DNA from: Lama glama
Taxonomy: Eukaryota
Direction: 5' to 3'
Assembly: GCA_028534125.1 (NCBI GenBank)
Contig: CM052817.1
Span: 26,600,001-26,664,000 of the forward strand
Length of the DNA stretch: 64,000 nucleotides
Shown here: piece after piece, positions 11,522 through 23,723 of the stretch
How the letters are laid out: each line of letters begins with the position of its first letter
How positions within the stretch are numbered: the first letter of the stretch is position 1
Notes under the pieces: model-generated
Seen by the model: the letters and a program-made list of their open reading frames with translations, nothing else
Databases searched by the model: none
What the model was told of the DNA's origin: nothing
Translations under genes and position numbers: made by a program

Positions 11522-14399
11522 GGGTTGGAGGAAGGCAAGAGCTCTGTTCCAAAGAGTGGAAGCACGGCCATCCTCCTCCAGGGATGGAGCCAGGGATGCC
11601 TTCCAGGAGGATTGACCCCAATGGGTAAAGTGTTCTCAGCATCCTCAGCCAAAAAAGGATTGAGCAGGGACTCTGAGGGGAGGGAGAGGGGTAGAAAAGA
11701 ATGGGAGGCCATTCAAGGGAGATCCTGTGTGAACTACAACGCAACCCCTTGAGAACAGGAAAGGAGTATTTAGAAGCATCATGTGCATTTCTTTGTGCTC
11801 ATAATCTGCATGGAGTAAGGCAGAATTTTGCTACTGCTTGATGTCCTTCCAGATCTCACAGGACATGACAGCACAGTGCCATGAGCGTTTAAAAAAGATG
11901 CTCTATCTCTGCCTGGTTGGATTCTTCTCCTTTCTTTTCCTTCATTGTGCTTTTCTATACTTTCTAATCATTCTACATTAGACATGTATTGCTTATATAA
12001 TAAAAACGGTGTTTAAAAATATTAAGATCTTACAGAATGTCTCTGATATCCTAATATTATATTTTGGAAATAGATGAGTCCTTCAGAATTGGTCCACGGA
12101 GGAGGATTTGGCTCCCAGCGACTCTGAAATGGCTGGAACACTTAATTGTGGCAAGGAGTGCTGCTTCTCAAAGGGTACAGATGCTAGAAAGTTTGTTGTG
12201 CTCTCTAGGAATTCTCTGAATTGTGGGTCCCTTTTTCTGGACAGAGTATACTGCCCTCACATGGTGATATCACACAAACTATGGTGAAATGCTATTCAGA
12301 ATTTCTACCCAAGAGCAGGGAAAAGGCAGCTACTACAACGAACAGCATGAACTTCCCAACTTAAATGGTTTCATGCTCTGTGAACCTGAGTTAATATGCC
12401 AACAGATATGACTAATCCTAAATTAATGGGCGCTCAGGAAAGTGGGAGTTTCCAAACTCCCGGACGGCTGATGTTTATTCAGATTATTTTCGCTGTCTGA
12501 ACCTACATTTTAGAAAATCAGTCTAAAGCATATCTGCCTGCTTTTTTTTTTTTTCTGCCAGCTTTTTAGCCATATTGAACTCTAAAATGGTGAATTCAAC
12601 AGATTTGTCCTTCCATTAGTATCCTGCAGGCTACAGGACCACTATGTTACAGGTCTCTCTCTCTTTTTGGGTATGGTTTGGAGCTAAGGGAAAGGTAGTG
12701 GTTGGGTAAGAGTAGGTCCCCTAGGAAAACACCTAGTGGTTGTTTTTAAAATGAATTTGCTTTCTAGTCATTAATATCTTTGCTATAAAAAAACAGAATT
12801 GTACCCCCCTAAAGTATTGGTTTAATTTCGTTTGTGTTAACACTGATAGGTGAGTATTAGCTGTTATCATTTAAAAAAAAAACCTCCAAGTGACCAATTG
12901 AATGAACTGAGTTAATGAAAAGCCATCAGACTACCAAAGGTGACCACTTTCAAGGCCATTTTCAAGCAGCAGCTACAGTAGTGAACACCATGCATTCGCT
13001 GAGCTCCTATTCCAGGGGCTGCTTTCTGTGATGTGAGGCATTGAGGACACATAAGGGAGAGAGGCTCTCACTACGAGGAAGTCAGCACTGAGCAGGCATC
13101 AAGTGCTGTGTGGGTGGAGGATGACGAGGAGGAGGAGAGGCTGTGGTGAGCACATTGGGCTGGGGCGGGTGGCCTGGATTCTGTCTCTGGCCAAGTGCTG
13201 CTGGAAGCAAGCCACTCACATCTCCAGACATCAGTTTCCTCATGTGAAAATGAGGCATTCACTCAATTTTAAAAGGCCCCTCAGCTTCTGAGATTCCAGA
13301 GCGGATGGTTTTTTAGGAAGAGGGAGGGCTGAGTGTGGGCACCAGGAACTGTGTCATTTGATGGGTGAGTCAGACGAAGGGCATTAGGAAAATAACATCT
13401 TCGCAATCAACACAAGGGCATAGGCAATTAAGAAACCCGAAGCTGACAGCTTGAGTGTCTGTCTATTCCATTCGTAGGATGTATTCCCGAAGAGGGGCTG
13501 GTGACTCATCAGGTGGCTGTAACCTGATGAAGTAGAGCTATCCAATTCCCTTGCAGTGACTCCAGGCAACCGAATGATCTTAATTTGGTTTTCTAAGGCA
13601 GTTCCCCCCCCCCGCCCCAGGCAAGAGGAGAAGCAGGCTATGGCAATTGGAAATTGACATTCTTTTGTGTGAGCAATATTAGATCACATATGAGAAATGG
13701 CTGAAATTATACAAAGTAGCATTTTCAAATGTAAAAGGATAACATCTTAGTAATATCACCATTAGTTATGAATCATTTTTGTGCTGATTTGGTGAGCCCT
13801 TGAGCCTTTGCTTTCCCCTAGAGCTAGTAAACCCTAAGTGACTTGGTGAGTACAGAATTCTGCATCTGTAAAGCTAATCAGAGGTGAAAATTACTAACAT
13901 TTACACAGTGCTTTACAACCTGCAAAGTGCTTCGTGATACCAGTAGCTCTTGGAGAGAGGGAATATTATTTTCCTGGTCTCTAGTTCAGGGAAGCTCAGG
14001 ATTATAACGCAAAGAAGTGTTTGGGTTGGCTGTGAGACCTAGGTCTTCCACTCCTAATCCAAGTCACAGTGCTGCTGTTGCTTCTGAAGGGAGTGTTTGC
14101 TCTTCTCCCATCCAGTGCTCCCCAGCCCCCAATATACACACACATAGACTCACACATATTACTGTACAAGATCCGAGCCCGGTGGGACAGCTGAAGGAGT
14201 GATGAGAAACAGAAGGCAGAGAAGAAACCCAAATGCCAACCTATTCTGGAGATCATGGAACTACTTCTCTTTCCTTTTATCAAATGCCACTCAAAGAGCA
14301 TAGGGCCTTTCCAGACAGCTATCTCATGGCTGGGTCGGTTCAGCTTTCCTTAGTCCACGGACTCAGGCTGAATCTTCTTGTTGCAGGTGCAAAAAGTGC

Positions 14400-14752
14400 C
14401 CATTCTGCTTAGGCAGAATCTCAGGGGTGTCCAGCTCCTACCTCTCTTTCCTTGAAAGGCTGGTCTGGATATTTCTGCTGAAGGTAACTAGGGATCCTCA
14501 ACTGGGACAGTCCCCACAGAGCAGCACTGCCTGACCTAACCCATGGGGGCTCCTGGTATCTCAGCTGCTGGAGCTGCCGGTCCAGATTACGGGGGAGGGA
14601 TCTCAGGACCTCAGCCCTTTGTGTGCTGCAAGCCATCTGCTGTGCAGGGACAGCAGCGGAGTGGGATCTTTGTGCCCAGTCCCTTCCCATTCACGGAAGG
14701 AAGTGGAAGGCTGCACTGCCTGGCTGGGGATTCACAGAGGCTTAGGGAAAAG
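14400..14752 (+). promoter_or_regulatory. Putative CHRNA9 proximal promoter / 5'UTR
   Basis: Non-repetitive, moderately GC-rich sequence directly upstream of the ATG; E-boxes CAGCTG and CATCTG; no clear TATA box. The TSS cannot be determined from sequence. Confidence 0.55.
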
Positions 14753-14816
14753 ATGAACTGGCCCCATTCCTGCATCTCTTTTTGCTGGATTTACTTTGCT
14801 GCCTCAAGACTGAGAG
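14753..14816 (+). CDS. CHRNA9: CHRNA9 coding exon 1 (signal peptide)
   Basis: ATG at 14753 in aagATG context; encodes MNWPHSCISFCWIYFAASRLR plus one base G; donor GAG|gtaaga at 14817. Confidence 0.95.
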
Positions 14817-15096
14817 GTAAGAGGCTGGTAAGTGTGTAACTATCCTGACTCATCTGGGGCACTTCTTTGGTGGGATGTGGGATGAATCAGGAAACAGAAC
14901 AAATGCTCTAATTGCTAGGGAGTAATCCAACTTCTTCCCAATTCATGCTAATTCCATAGGGCATGCCAGAAAAATAACTCCCATCGATCGACCCAGAGCT
15001 TGTCTCTGATGCTGGGTCGTCTCCAAGGCTAGTCCTCAGTCTTTGCCTTGAAATACATGACACTGAAGTCTGATCCAGGTCCCTCTTTTCAAGCAG

Positions 15097-15242
15097 CCGT
15101 AGAAACAGCAGATGGAAAATATGCTCAGAGATTGTTTAATGACCTTTTTGAAGATTATTCCAACGCTCTTCGTCCAGTAGAGGATACAGATAAAGTCCTG
15201 AATGTCACGCTCCAGATTACACTTTCTCAGATCAAGGATATG
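15097..15242 (+). CDS. CHRNA9: CHRNA9 coding exon 2
   Basis: Acceptor ttttcaagcag|; encodes (A)[48 protein letters not shown]; donor ATG|gtgagt. Confidence 0.96.
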
Positions 15243-15499
15243 GTGAGTAGCATATAGCAGTGACTCTTTGGAGTGCTGTTTAGAATGAAACTAACAGTGC
15301 TTTCCAAAGGGAATGTCTTAAACTGGGAATTTGAGAGGAAATGAGAACAGGCAGCTCTGTGGACAAGCTGGTGGGAAAAGGAAATTCCAGGGGAAGAAAG
15401 CTTTCTACAAAATTAATTTCACTAAGCGTGACTTAATCCTGGCCATTAACATTCACATCTAAAGCAAGATGGTTTTGTGTTCTGTTTATGTGTTCCATT

Positions 15500-15780
15500 A
15501 TGTGTTCCGTTTCTACAAAATTTGCAAAATTAGCAGCACCATAGAGACAGAAAGCAGAGTAGTGGTTGTCAGGCGCTGTGGGAATGACAGAGGAATGATG
15601 ATTGACTGCTTGATGGTCATAGGGTTTCTTTTTGGGGGTGATGAAATGTTCTGGAATTAGAGAGTGGCATTGGTTGCATGACATTGTAAATAAACTAGAA
15701 GCTGCTGAATTGTATACTTTAAAATGGTTAAAATGGTGAGTTTCATGTCATGTGAATTTTTATCCCAATTTTTTAAAAAA
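15500..15780 (+). mobile_element. Old L1 (L1MB-like) 3' end in CHRNA9 intron 2
   Basis: agacagaaagcagagtagtggttgtcagg...gatgaaatgttctggaattag...ttaaaatggtgagttt. Confidence 0.75.
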
Positions 15781-16189
15781 GGTGGTGTTTTAAAATGACA
15801 GACCTTACTTAGTGTCTATATTTTAACTACACAAAGTTATGAAACTTGAAAGGCTTTTCTTCTGTACCTTGTTGATGTTTCCTGACTTTTTCATTCAAAT
15901 GAATCATCAGTTGATCAATATTCAGAGAAATTCAAGCCGGTGATCCATGCAAAGAGCTGATGATTTAAATATTTGTCCAGTTTACATTCCAAACACTAAA
16001 TCAAGCAAAAAAAAATATATATGGCTTTGGCAGTCCATCGAGGATGGGTAGACTGGAAAACTCTGACTCACGTTTTGGAAATCAATGAGTGCTCCTGGAA
16101 ATCCTGTTTTGAAGACAAGTGTTGTAGAAACGAAGGGCATTCAGTTGAGGTGTCTCCAGGACAAAGTTACATCTGGGTTTATTTTGCAG

Positions 16190-16344
16190 GATGAAAGAAA
16201 TCAAATTCTGACGGCCTATTTATGGATCCGCCAAATCTGGCACGACGCATATCTCACGTGGGATCGAGACCAGTATGATGGGCTGGACTCCATCAGGATC
16301 CCCAGCGACCTGGTGTGGAGGCCGGATATTGTCCTGTATAACAA
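16190..16344 (+). CDS. CHRNA9: CHRNA9 coding exon 3
   Basis: Acceptor ttttgcag|; encodes [51 protein letters not shown](K), including the WxPD motif; donor AA|gtaagt. Confidence 0.97.
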
Positions 16345-16562
16345 GTAAGTGCAAGTCAGCAGTTTCTCAGGAGTGAACTTGTTGAGTTAATAGAAGGGAA
16401 ACATAATGAAAAAAAGCGTGAATGTTTTAAACACGCATGAATTTTAGTCAGTTCATGTTCCTAAGCCCTGAAGTGATGATCATAAAGCTTCAGATGATAA
16501 AAATAGGTCATAAAATCTTAGAGTCACAGTCCCCTTTTCAGGTGAGAAACTGTATGGGAAGC

Positions 16563-17022
16563 TGTGTTAGTTTGCTGGGGCTACTGTGACAAAGTACCGC
16601 AAACTGCGTGGCTGAAACAACAGAAATGTGTCATCTCCCAGTTCTAGATGCTGGATGTGCAAGATCAAGGGATTGGCAAAGCTGGTTCTGTCTGAGGGCT
16701 GCAAGGAAGACTCTATTCCATATCTCTCCTCTGGCTTATCTGGTGGTTGCTGGCAGCCTTGGTTCCTCGACTGTAGAAGCGTCACCCTAGTCTCCTCCTC
16801 CTTCTTCACATGGTGTTCTCCCTGTGTGTTTTCTGTGTCTGTATTTTCCCTCATGTGAGGGCACCAGTCATGTTGAATTAGGTGCCCACCCTACATCAGT
16901 ACAACCTCTTCTTAACTAATTACATCTGCAATGACCTATTCCAAATAAGGTCACATTGTGAAGTGCCAGGAGCTAGGATTTCAACATATGAATTTTTCAC
17001 AGACACAGTTCAACCCGTAACA
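16563..17022 (-). mobile_element. MaLR solo LTR (MLT1C-like) in intron 3
   Basis: tgtgttagtttgctggggct...ttccaaataaggtcacatt...ttcaacccgtaaca. Confidence 0.85.
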
Positions 17023-17217
17023 GTGATGCTCCTTTGTCTAAGGTCATGTATCAATAATACATGATACTACTAAGATTAAATCAGAATGGGCCAGCTAGAA
17101 GCTGGCCTATGGGTTTTGGACTTTGTATGGAGTGGAAGGTGAACTAGACCATAAGATCACCAGATGGCCTTTTCTCGATCTGAGAGCAAGGGGCCTGGGT
17201 GAATGGGTAGGTAAGGT

Positions 17218-17375
17218 TTAAGTTTCTCAAACTGTAACGTGTGCGTAAACCACCTGAAGAACTTGTTAAAATGCAGATGCTGATTCATTAGGTCTGGGGG
17301 TGAGTCGGATGCTCTGCAGTTCTACGAGCTCCAGACAGTAGTGCTGCTGGCGCGTGGGCCGCACTTTGAGAAGGA
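17218..17375. mobile_element. MER5-type MITE
   Basis: tttctcaaact...cttgttaaaatgcagatgctgattc...cactttgaga. Confidence 0.65.
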
Positions 17376-18039
17376 AGCAGATTGCTCTGTCACAGCTGAG
17401 GCTCAGTTGCTCCACCTGTTGTCAAATGGGCTCCTCTCTTTTTATTCTGAAACACAAGTTTCTGAGAGTCAGGAAAGGTTCCCCTTTGACTCAGAGCAAG
17501 ATGAATGAGAGGTGGCTCAGGGTGACTCTGCTGGGAGCTTAGCCTTCTGCTGGGCATGAATTTCCCTTCAGGAAGCAGCACTGGTAGGCTGCAGTCTGGA
17601 TTTTAGTCTCAGTCCTTTTTCAGAGAGCTGGCCCAGGGATCATGACCTCTTGAATCATAGCCCTGATCCCGCTGACCATTCCCCATAGAACCTTTTCACC
17701 ACACTGAGTAATCAACTCTTCTCTGTTCCTCTGGGTTGATTCTCTAGTCTTCTTTGCCTTCCAATTGCAGACAGTTTTGTTTTGGATCTTCTGGTCCCCA
17801 GGTTTCCACGGAAGGTAGGATGGGTGAGTGATGTTCATTCTCACTTCTCATATAACTAACTGTATATACTTCTCTTTGTTACAGAGGTCATGTTCAGGCA
17901 TTCAAAAAATTCACTTTGTTGTCTTCACAAGACCTACATTAAAGATCCTCTCTCTAAACGTCCATTAAAAACTGAGCACTTTAATTCAACTGTAATGGTC
18001 TGATTACAGTGGTCCCAATCAGACCATTATGGTTAACAT

Positions 18040-18670
18040 TGTGGTACCTAAATTTTAATAACATGCCAGTTCTTTGATCTACCACACCCTATTCTAGCAA
18101 TTTAACCTAAGGAAAGAGTCAATGGGTAAATGCAACAATTTGACCACAAGGATGTTCACTACTACATTGCTTATAAATGCAGAAACTGGAAACAACCATA
18201 ATGTTGAACATCAGTGAACTGGTTAAATAATTATGGCATATCTCTATAATGGAATATAGTTGAATACCATTTAGTCTTAAAAATAATGTTGCAGAAGAAT
18301 ATGAACAGATGACTACATACATTTTAAAATTTTGTCTCAACTTTTTTTTGTAAATTAACTTTTTATTTGGAGATAATTTTAGTTTTGTAGAAAAGATACA
18401 AAGATGGCACAGAGTTTCTATATACTCTTCACCCAGTTTCCTGTAATGTTACACCTTATATGACCATAGTACACTTGTCAAAACTAATATAATACTATTA
18501 ACTACACTACAGACTTTATTTGGATTTCAGCAGCTTTTTTCACTAATGTATTTTTCTGTTCCAGGATCTAATCCTGCATACCACATTATGTTTAGCCATA
18601 ATATATTTTGTAGGGAAAAAGTTGTAAGGAAGACTTGGAAAAATATGCACTAAAATGTTAACAACATATC
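18040..18670. mobile_element. Old L1 fragments (L1ME-like on +, and an L1 3' end on - at ~18345-18600)
   Basis: ggatgttcactactacattgcttataa...ggaaacaacc; poly-T followed by ataattttagttttgtagaaaag...acccagtttcc. Confidence 0.55.
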
Positions 18671-19588
18671 AGTTATGACTGTAAGCATTGGAAACTGACT
18701 TTGTCTAACTTGTGAATAAAAGGAATATGTTGGAAGTACATGGTACAGCTAACTGAATTAAAGGGAAAAAAAGGTCAATGACCAGACCTTGGAAAGGACA
18801 GATTGGGACCACTCTATAGTTCAAGACAGCAGGGACTATTGATCTTTTAAAAAATTAATTGATTTTTATAGGAAGCCATCACCAGGGCGACTCTTTTTGG
18901 TCTTTGGATTCCTCTGCTTAAAATCTAAATTCCAGAGAGAGTGAAGCAGCTGGATCTAACTTGGGTCCCACATCCAGGCCTTGGCTTCATCTGCCTTCAT
19001 GATGCTGGAGAATGAGTCATTCCTTAAAGCAAAACAGCAATTCTGTACTCCCCAAATACCAGGCATAAATGTTGATAAAGCAAAAGGAAGATATATCTAG
19101 AATAAATTGTTATCTCTTAGATTATGGGTGAATAAATTTTCTCTGTGTTTTTCAAATGTTCTGCAGTAAGCACGTACAGATCTTCCAACAGCAACAAAAA
19201 GCTACTTTGTTATTCTTGTGCCAAAAGTTAACAAAATCAGGTAAGCAGAGCCTCCCTGTCAGATTTTAGCCTCATTTATTTTTTGGCTGGATGTTAGAAT
19301 CATTATACTTGGACCAGGAGAGTGGCACTGGGAGTGGAGAGGAAGGGACACGGAGCAGAGATGCTTTAAAGGAAGAATCAAAATGAACTCGGCCCTGACT
19401 AGTTACAGGAGATGAGGAAGAAGGGCAAAATTAGAGTGGATTCCAGATTTTCAAGCCATGGTGACAGGAATGGTGATCCATTGCCAAAGACAGTGCAATG
19501 ATGGGCATAGGGCAGTGAGCTGTCTACGGTAAGGAACTCAGTGAGTTGTCCTGGCAAACAGCTTTCACTTTCTTCCTCTGACCTTCAG

Positions 19589-20121
19589 GGCTGATGATGA
19601 ATCTTCCGAGCCTGTGAACACCAATGTGGTCCTGCGATATGACGGGCTGATCACCTGGGATTCACCGGCCATCACCAAAAGCTCCTGTGTGGTAGATGTC
19701 ACCTACTTCCCCTTTGATAATCAGCAGTGCAACCTGACCTTTGGTTCCTGGACCTACAATGGCAATCAGGTAGACATATTCAATGCCCTGGATAGTGGAG
19801 ACCTCTCCGATTTCATCGAAGATGTGGAGTGGGAGGTCCATGGCATGCCTGCTGTGAAGAATGTGATCTCCTACGGCTGCTGCTCTGAGCCTTACCCAGA
19901 TGTGACATTCACTCTCCTTCTGAAGAGGAGGTCCTCCTTCTACATCGTCAACCTCCTCATCCCATGCGTCCTCATATCTTTTCTGGCTCCCTTGAGTTTT
20001 TATCTCCCAGCAGCCTCTGGGGAGAAGGTCTCCCTGGGAGTGACCATACTGTTGGCCATGACCGTATTTCAGCTCATGGTGGCAGAGATCATGCCAGCCT
20101 CGGAGAATGTCCCTCTGATAG
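19589..20121 (+). CDS. CHRNA9: CHRNA9 coding exon 4 (Cys loop, loop C, TM1-TM2)
   Basis: Acceptor ccttcag|; encodes [17 protein letters not shown]...GCCSEPYPD...[34 protein letters not shown]; donor G|gtgagt. Confidence 0.98.
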
Positions 20122-20364
20122 GTGAGTTCAAGTGTCTTACACTTTGAGCCTAGCTTTGTAGTGACTGGGGTTGTATCTGTGCCTCTAAACTCATAACAAT
20201 TAGGATAACAATTAGGTCAACCTCAAACTCAACATGGGCTGTCACAGCCTTCATTTAGTGTCCTCAGTTGGCATCTTTGAATACAGATGTGGCTGTTGGA
20301 GACAAAACTGGTCTCGTGGTCTCCAGGTTTACACAAAAGAGGAACACCAGCAATAGAGTTTAGA

Positions 20365-20548
20365 GCAGTGGTTCTCAAAGTGTGGTCCCTGGACCCACAG
20401 CAACTGCATCATTTTAGAAATACAAATTCTCAGGGCCCACCCTAGACCTACTGAATTGGAAACTCTGAGGGTGAGGTCTGGCCAACTGTTTTAACAAGCT
20501 TTCTGGGTGATTTTGATACACTTTTTGTTTAAGTCTAAAAACTACTGG
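20365..20548. mobile_element. MER5A MITE in intron 4
   Basis: cagtggttctcaaagtgtggtccctggacc...ctactgaattggaaactctg...actactg. Confidence 0.8.
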
Positions 20549-21375
20549 CTTGTAAGTTAAGGCCCTGATTTGGAAGTCCAAGACGTCTGCATCTGAACTC
20601 TGACTTCACCACTCATTCCTTGATCAACCTTAAGCAAGTTGCTTCATCAACTGCAAATTCTGTGTAATTGCTGCCTCATCATGCCAGCGCTTGGCACGGA
20701 GCCTGGCATGTGAGCACCCAGCAAACAGTGACCATTAGTATCTTTTCACATCACAAGGGATTTCTTCTTGGGAAGAATAGTAAACATGATAGAAACGATG
20801 AACTGGATTTCTAAGCCTGCCATCCACCCTTAACAGGGTAATTCTCAACCTTTACTGGGAATAATAGCTGTGGGAGAGCTTGTTAAAAATGCAGGTTTCT
20901 ACACCCAAAGAGGTTTTTTTTTCTTTTTTTAGGAATCTTGAGCAAGATTTGGGAACCTGAGGTGATTCTAAAGAAGACCACATTTTCAAAAATCTGCAAT
21001 AATAAATTGTCCTTCTAAGGGTAGGAGTGTAGACTGTGGCTACCATCCCTCCCTCCTTTCCTTTACCTACCTCATTCTGAGATCCCTCCTAACACATTTA
21101 ATACCTACTTCCTGCCACCAAGGGTAACACTAGATCCAACACCTCTATCTCAGTGACTTGCTATTGTAATAGATACTTACCAGGATCAGAAGCTAGACCT
21201 TAACTTTTGGTTCTTTAAAGTAAGCAATGAGGAGAAATTTCAGAACACCAAAGGACTTGGAGACAAATATAAAAGGGATTTTACACTGCCTTTTTACCCT
21301 CTACTGAATCTAGTATTATGCAATATTCAGCCTTTATTACTACATTGGTTGCTATGTCTCTCCAAGCAAGCCCCT

Positions 21376-21412
21376 CACACACACACACACACACACACAC
21401 ACTCTCTCTCTC
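21376..21412. repeat. (CA)13-(TC)5 compound microsatellite
   Basis: Directly visible in the sequence. Confidence 0.95.
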
Positions 21413-21879
21413 CTTTTTGAAAAATAGACACAGAAGGTTCTCTCCTTTCTCACCACCACTAAAAAAGAGGAAGAGGTGTATTAGCACTTTTATTACCTCT
21501 CCTAAGGCAGAAATGATAGACAGTGATGACATCCAATCATAACCATATTTGAGGCAGGATCAACTGGCAGGTGCCTCTCTCTTCTTGAGCAGTGACATTC
21601 AAAAGCAAGCTGGCTCAGTTTCTGAAGACAGATGTCTCAGGACATGTCTCAAGAATTTTATAAGCATTACGTTTTTCTGTGATAATATGAACTGTATGTT
21701 TTTAGGAAGGGTGCACATAGATCTTGAGACTATTAATTCATAATCACAATTTGTTATTTGTATCACTTATGAAATGTACTTCCAATCTCATAGAAATGTG
21801 TTTAACTTTTTTGTATTGTGTAGCATTTGATCCTGACTTTTGACCCATAGCCTTTACAATGTTAAGAAAGATTCCCTTT

Positions 21880-22680
21880 ATTTTTGGATTACTCAGAGCT
21901 TTCAACAAATAGTAAATAGATGGTGAACAATATCAAATGCATTGTCTTTATCTGTTAAGATAAATGAGTTTTTTTCTTTTATTCCATTAATGTAGTGAAT
22001 TACACTACTGTTTTCTGATGTTGAACCAAACTGTTCTTCATCATGATGAATTATCAGTTAAAGACAGGATTTAATTAGCCAGTAATTTATATAGGATTTT
22101 CTCAAATGTGTCTATAAGTGAAATGGCCTTAATACTTCCTTTCTTATTACTTTTGAAATCAAGGTTACATTTTCTTCATAAGATGAGCTAGGCATTTTTC
22201 CCTCTTTTCTATTTCTGAAACAACCTGCAGAAGATATGAGTTATCTGTTTCTTAAAAATTTGGTGAAACTTGCCTATAAAACCTTTTGGCTCTAGAACTT
22301 TTTGGGTGTGGGTGGGTAGAGGTATTTGACTAATTCCCATTTCTCTTCAAGCGTTCTTTCTTCTTACACTAAATGTGATAGTCTATATACCTGTAGAAGT
22401 TTCATCTAGGTTTTCAAATGTGTTATCATATAGCTATTTATAATATTATTTTATTATTTTCTATATTTCTATTCTTTCATTTTTTTCTTTTGCATTCTTT
22501 TTCTCTTCCACCTCTATCCATGGGTGGCCTTATCAAAGGTTCATCAATTGTATTACTCTTTTCGAATAGCTTGCTTTTGGTTTTGTTCATCTTTTAGGTT
22601 CTTTGTTTTATATTTCATAAATTTGTACCCTATCTTTATTGTTTTCTTCCTTAATTTTCTTTTCTCATGAATACTTGCTT
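21880..22680 (-). mobile_element. Old L1 (L1M/L1ME) fragment in intron 4
   Basis: T-rich antisense ORF2-like motifs (caaatgcattgtcttta, ttggtgaaacttgcctataaaacc). Confidence 0.55.
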
Positions 22681-22869
22681 TATGTAATCACATGTTAAAG
22701 ACTAACACTGACAGAGTGTCTCTTTTCTTCCCCAATAGTAGTGAGCTTTTATATTAATGAGATCCAAAGACAATTCTGAGAACTGGCCAAGATTATTCAT
22801 TGTTTGCTTATTTGTTTGTTCAAAGCAGTTTTTCACATCATGATCTCAGCAAAACTTCACCAACCTTTT

Positions 22870-23060
22870 AACTCAGTGCAAGAGACAGTGCTGAGAACTT
22901 TACATGTATTTTCTCAGTTAAGCCCCACCATATTCCTATGAGTTAGATACTATTACTGTGGTCATTTTATAGAGAAGGAAGCTGAGGCTTACCAGGAACA
23001 TGTAAAGTGCTCCAAGTTGCAAGTCTAGTGAGTGACAGAGCTCGGATTTTAACCCCGTTT
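22870..23060 (-). mobile_element. MIR SINE
   Basis: cattttatagagaaggaagctgaggctt...gagtgacagagctcggattttaaccc. Confidence 0.65.
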
Positions 23061-23181
23061 TATTCAAATATTTGTACTAGGAACTATTAGTGTATACAGC
23101 TTCCTCACAAGAGGCATTTGTTTCTTTTTGAGCCAAGCATGATGACAGTTTTAAGCTAACTTGGTGGTGGTTGTTTCCCAG

Positions 23182-23723
23182 GCAAATACTACATAGCCAC
23201 GATGGCCTTGATCACAGCCTCCACTGCCTTGACCATTATGGTGATGAACATCCACTTCTGCGGGGCCGAGGCCCGGCCAGTGCCACACTGGGCCAAGGTG
23301 GTCATCCTGAAATACATGTCCAGGATCTTGTTTGTCTACGACGTGGGTGAGAGCTGCCTCAGCCCCCGCCACGACAGACAGCGGGACCACCTCACAAAGG
23401 TTTATGGCAAACTTCCAGAACCTAATCTGAAAACAACCAGAAACAAAGACCTTCCCAGAAAGAAGGAAATGAACAAACTCTTAAAGAATGACTTGGGATA
23501 CCAGGGTGAGAATCCGCAGGATGCTGACAGTTACTGTGCACGGTACCAAGTACTGACAAAGAATATTGAATACATTGCCAAGTGCCTCAAAGACCACAGG
23601 GCCACCAATTCCAAGGGGAGCGAATGGAAAAAGGTGGCAAAAGTCATAGACCGATTCTTTATGTGGATTTTTTTCATTATGGTGTTTGTGATGACTATTT
23701 TGATCATAGCAAGGGCAGATTAG
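23182..23723 (+). CDS. CHRNA9: CHRNA9 coding exon 5 (TM3, intracellular loop, TM4, stop)
   Basis: Acceptor tttcccag|; encodes (G)KYYIATMALITASTALTIMVMNIHFCG...EWKKVAKVIDRFFMWIFFIMVFVMTILIIARAD; TAG ends at 23723. Confidence 0.98.

Larger units (their letters stand above)
14753..23723 (+). other. CHRNA9: CHRNA9 gene, coding span (5 exons, 479 aa Cys-loop receptor subunit alpha-9)
   Basis: Exons of 64+146+155+533+542 = 1440 nt join in frame with GT-AG introns. The product runs [30 protein letters not shown]...ILIIARAD*, with the Cys loop ([15 protein letters not shown]), vicinal loop-C cysteines (YGCCSEPY) and four TM helices. It matches the recalled mammalian alpha-9 sequence. Confidence 0.98.
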
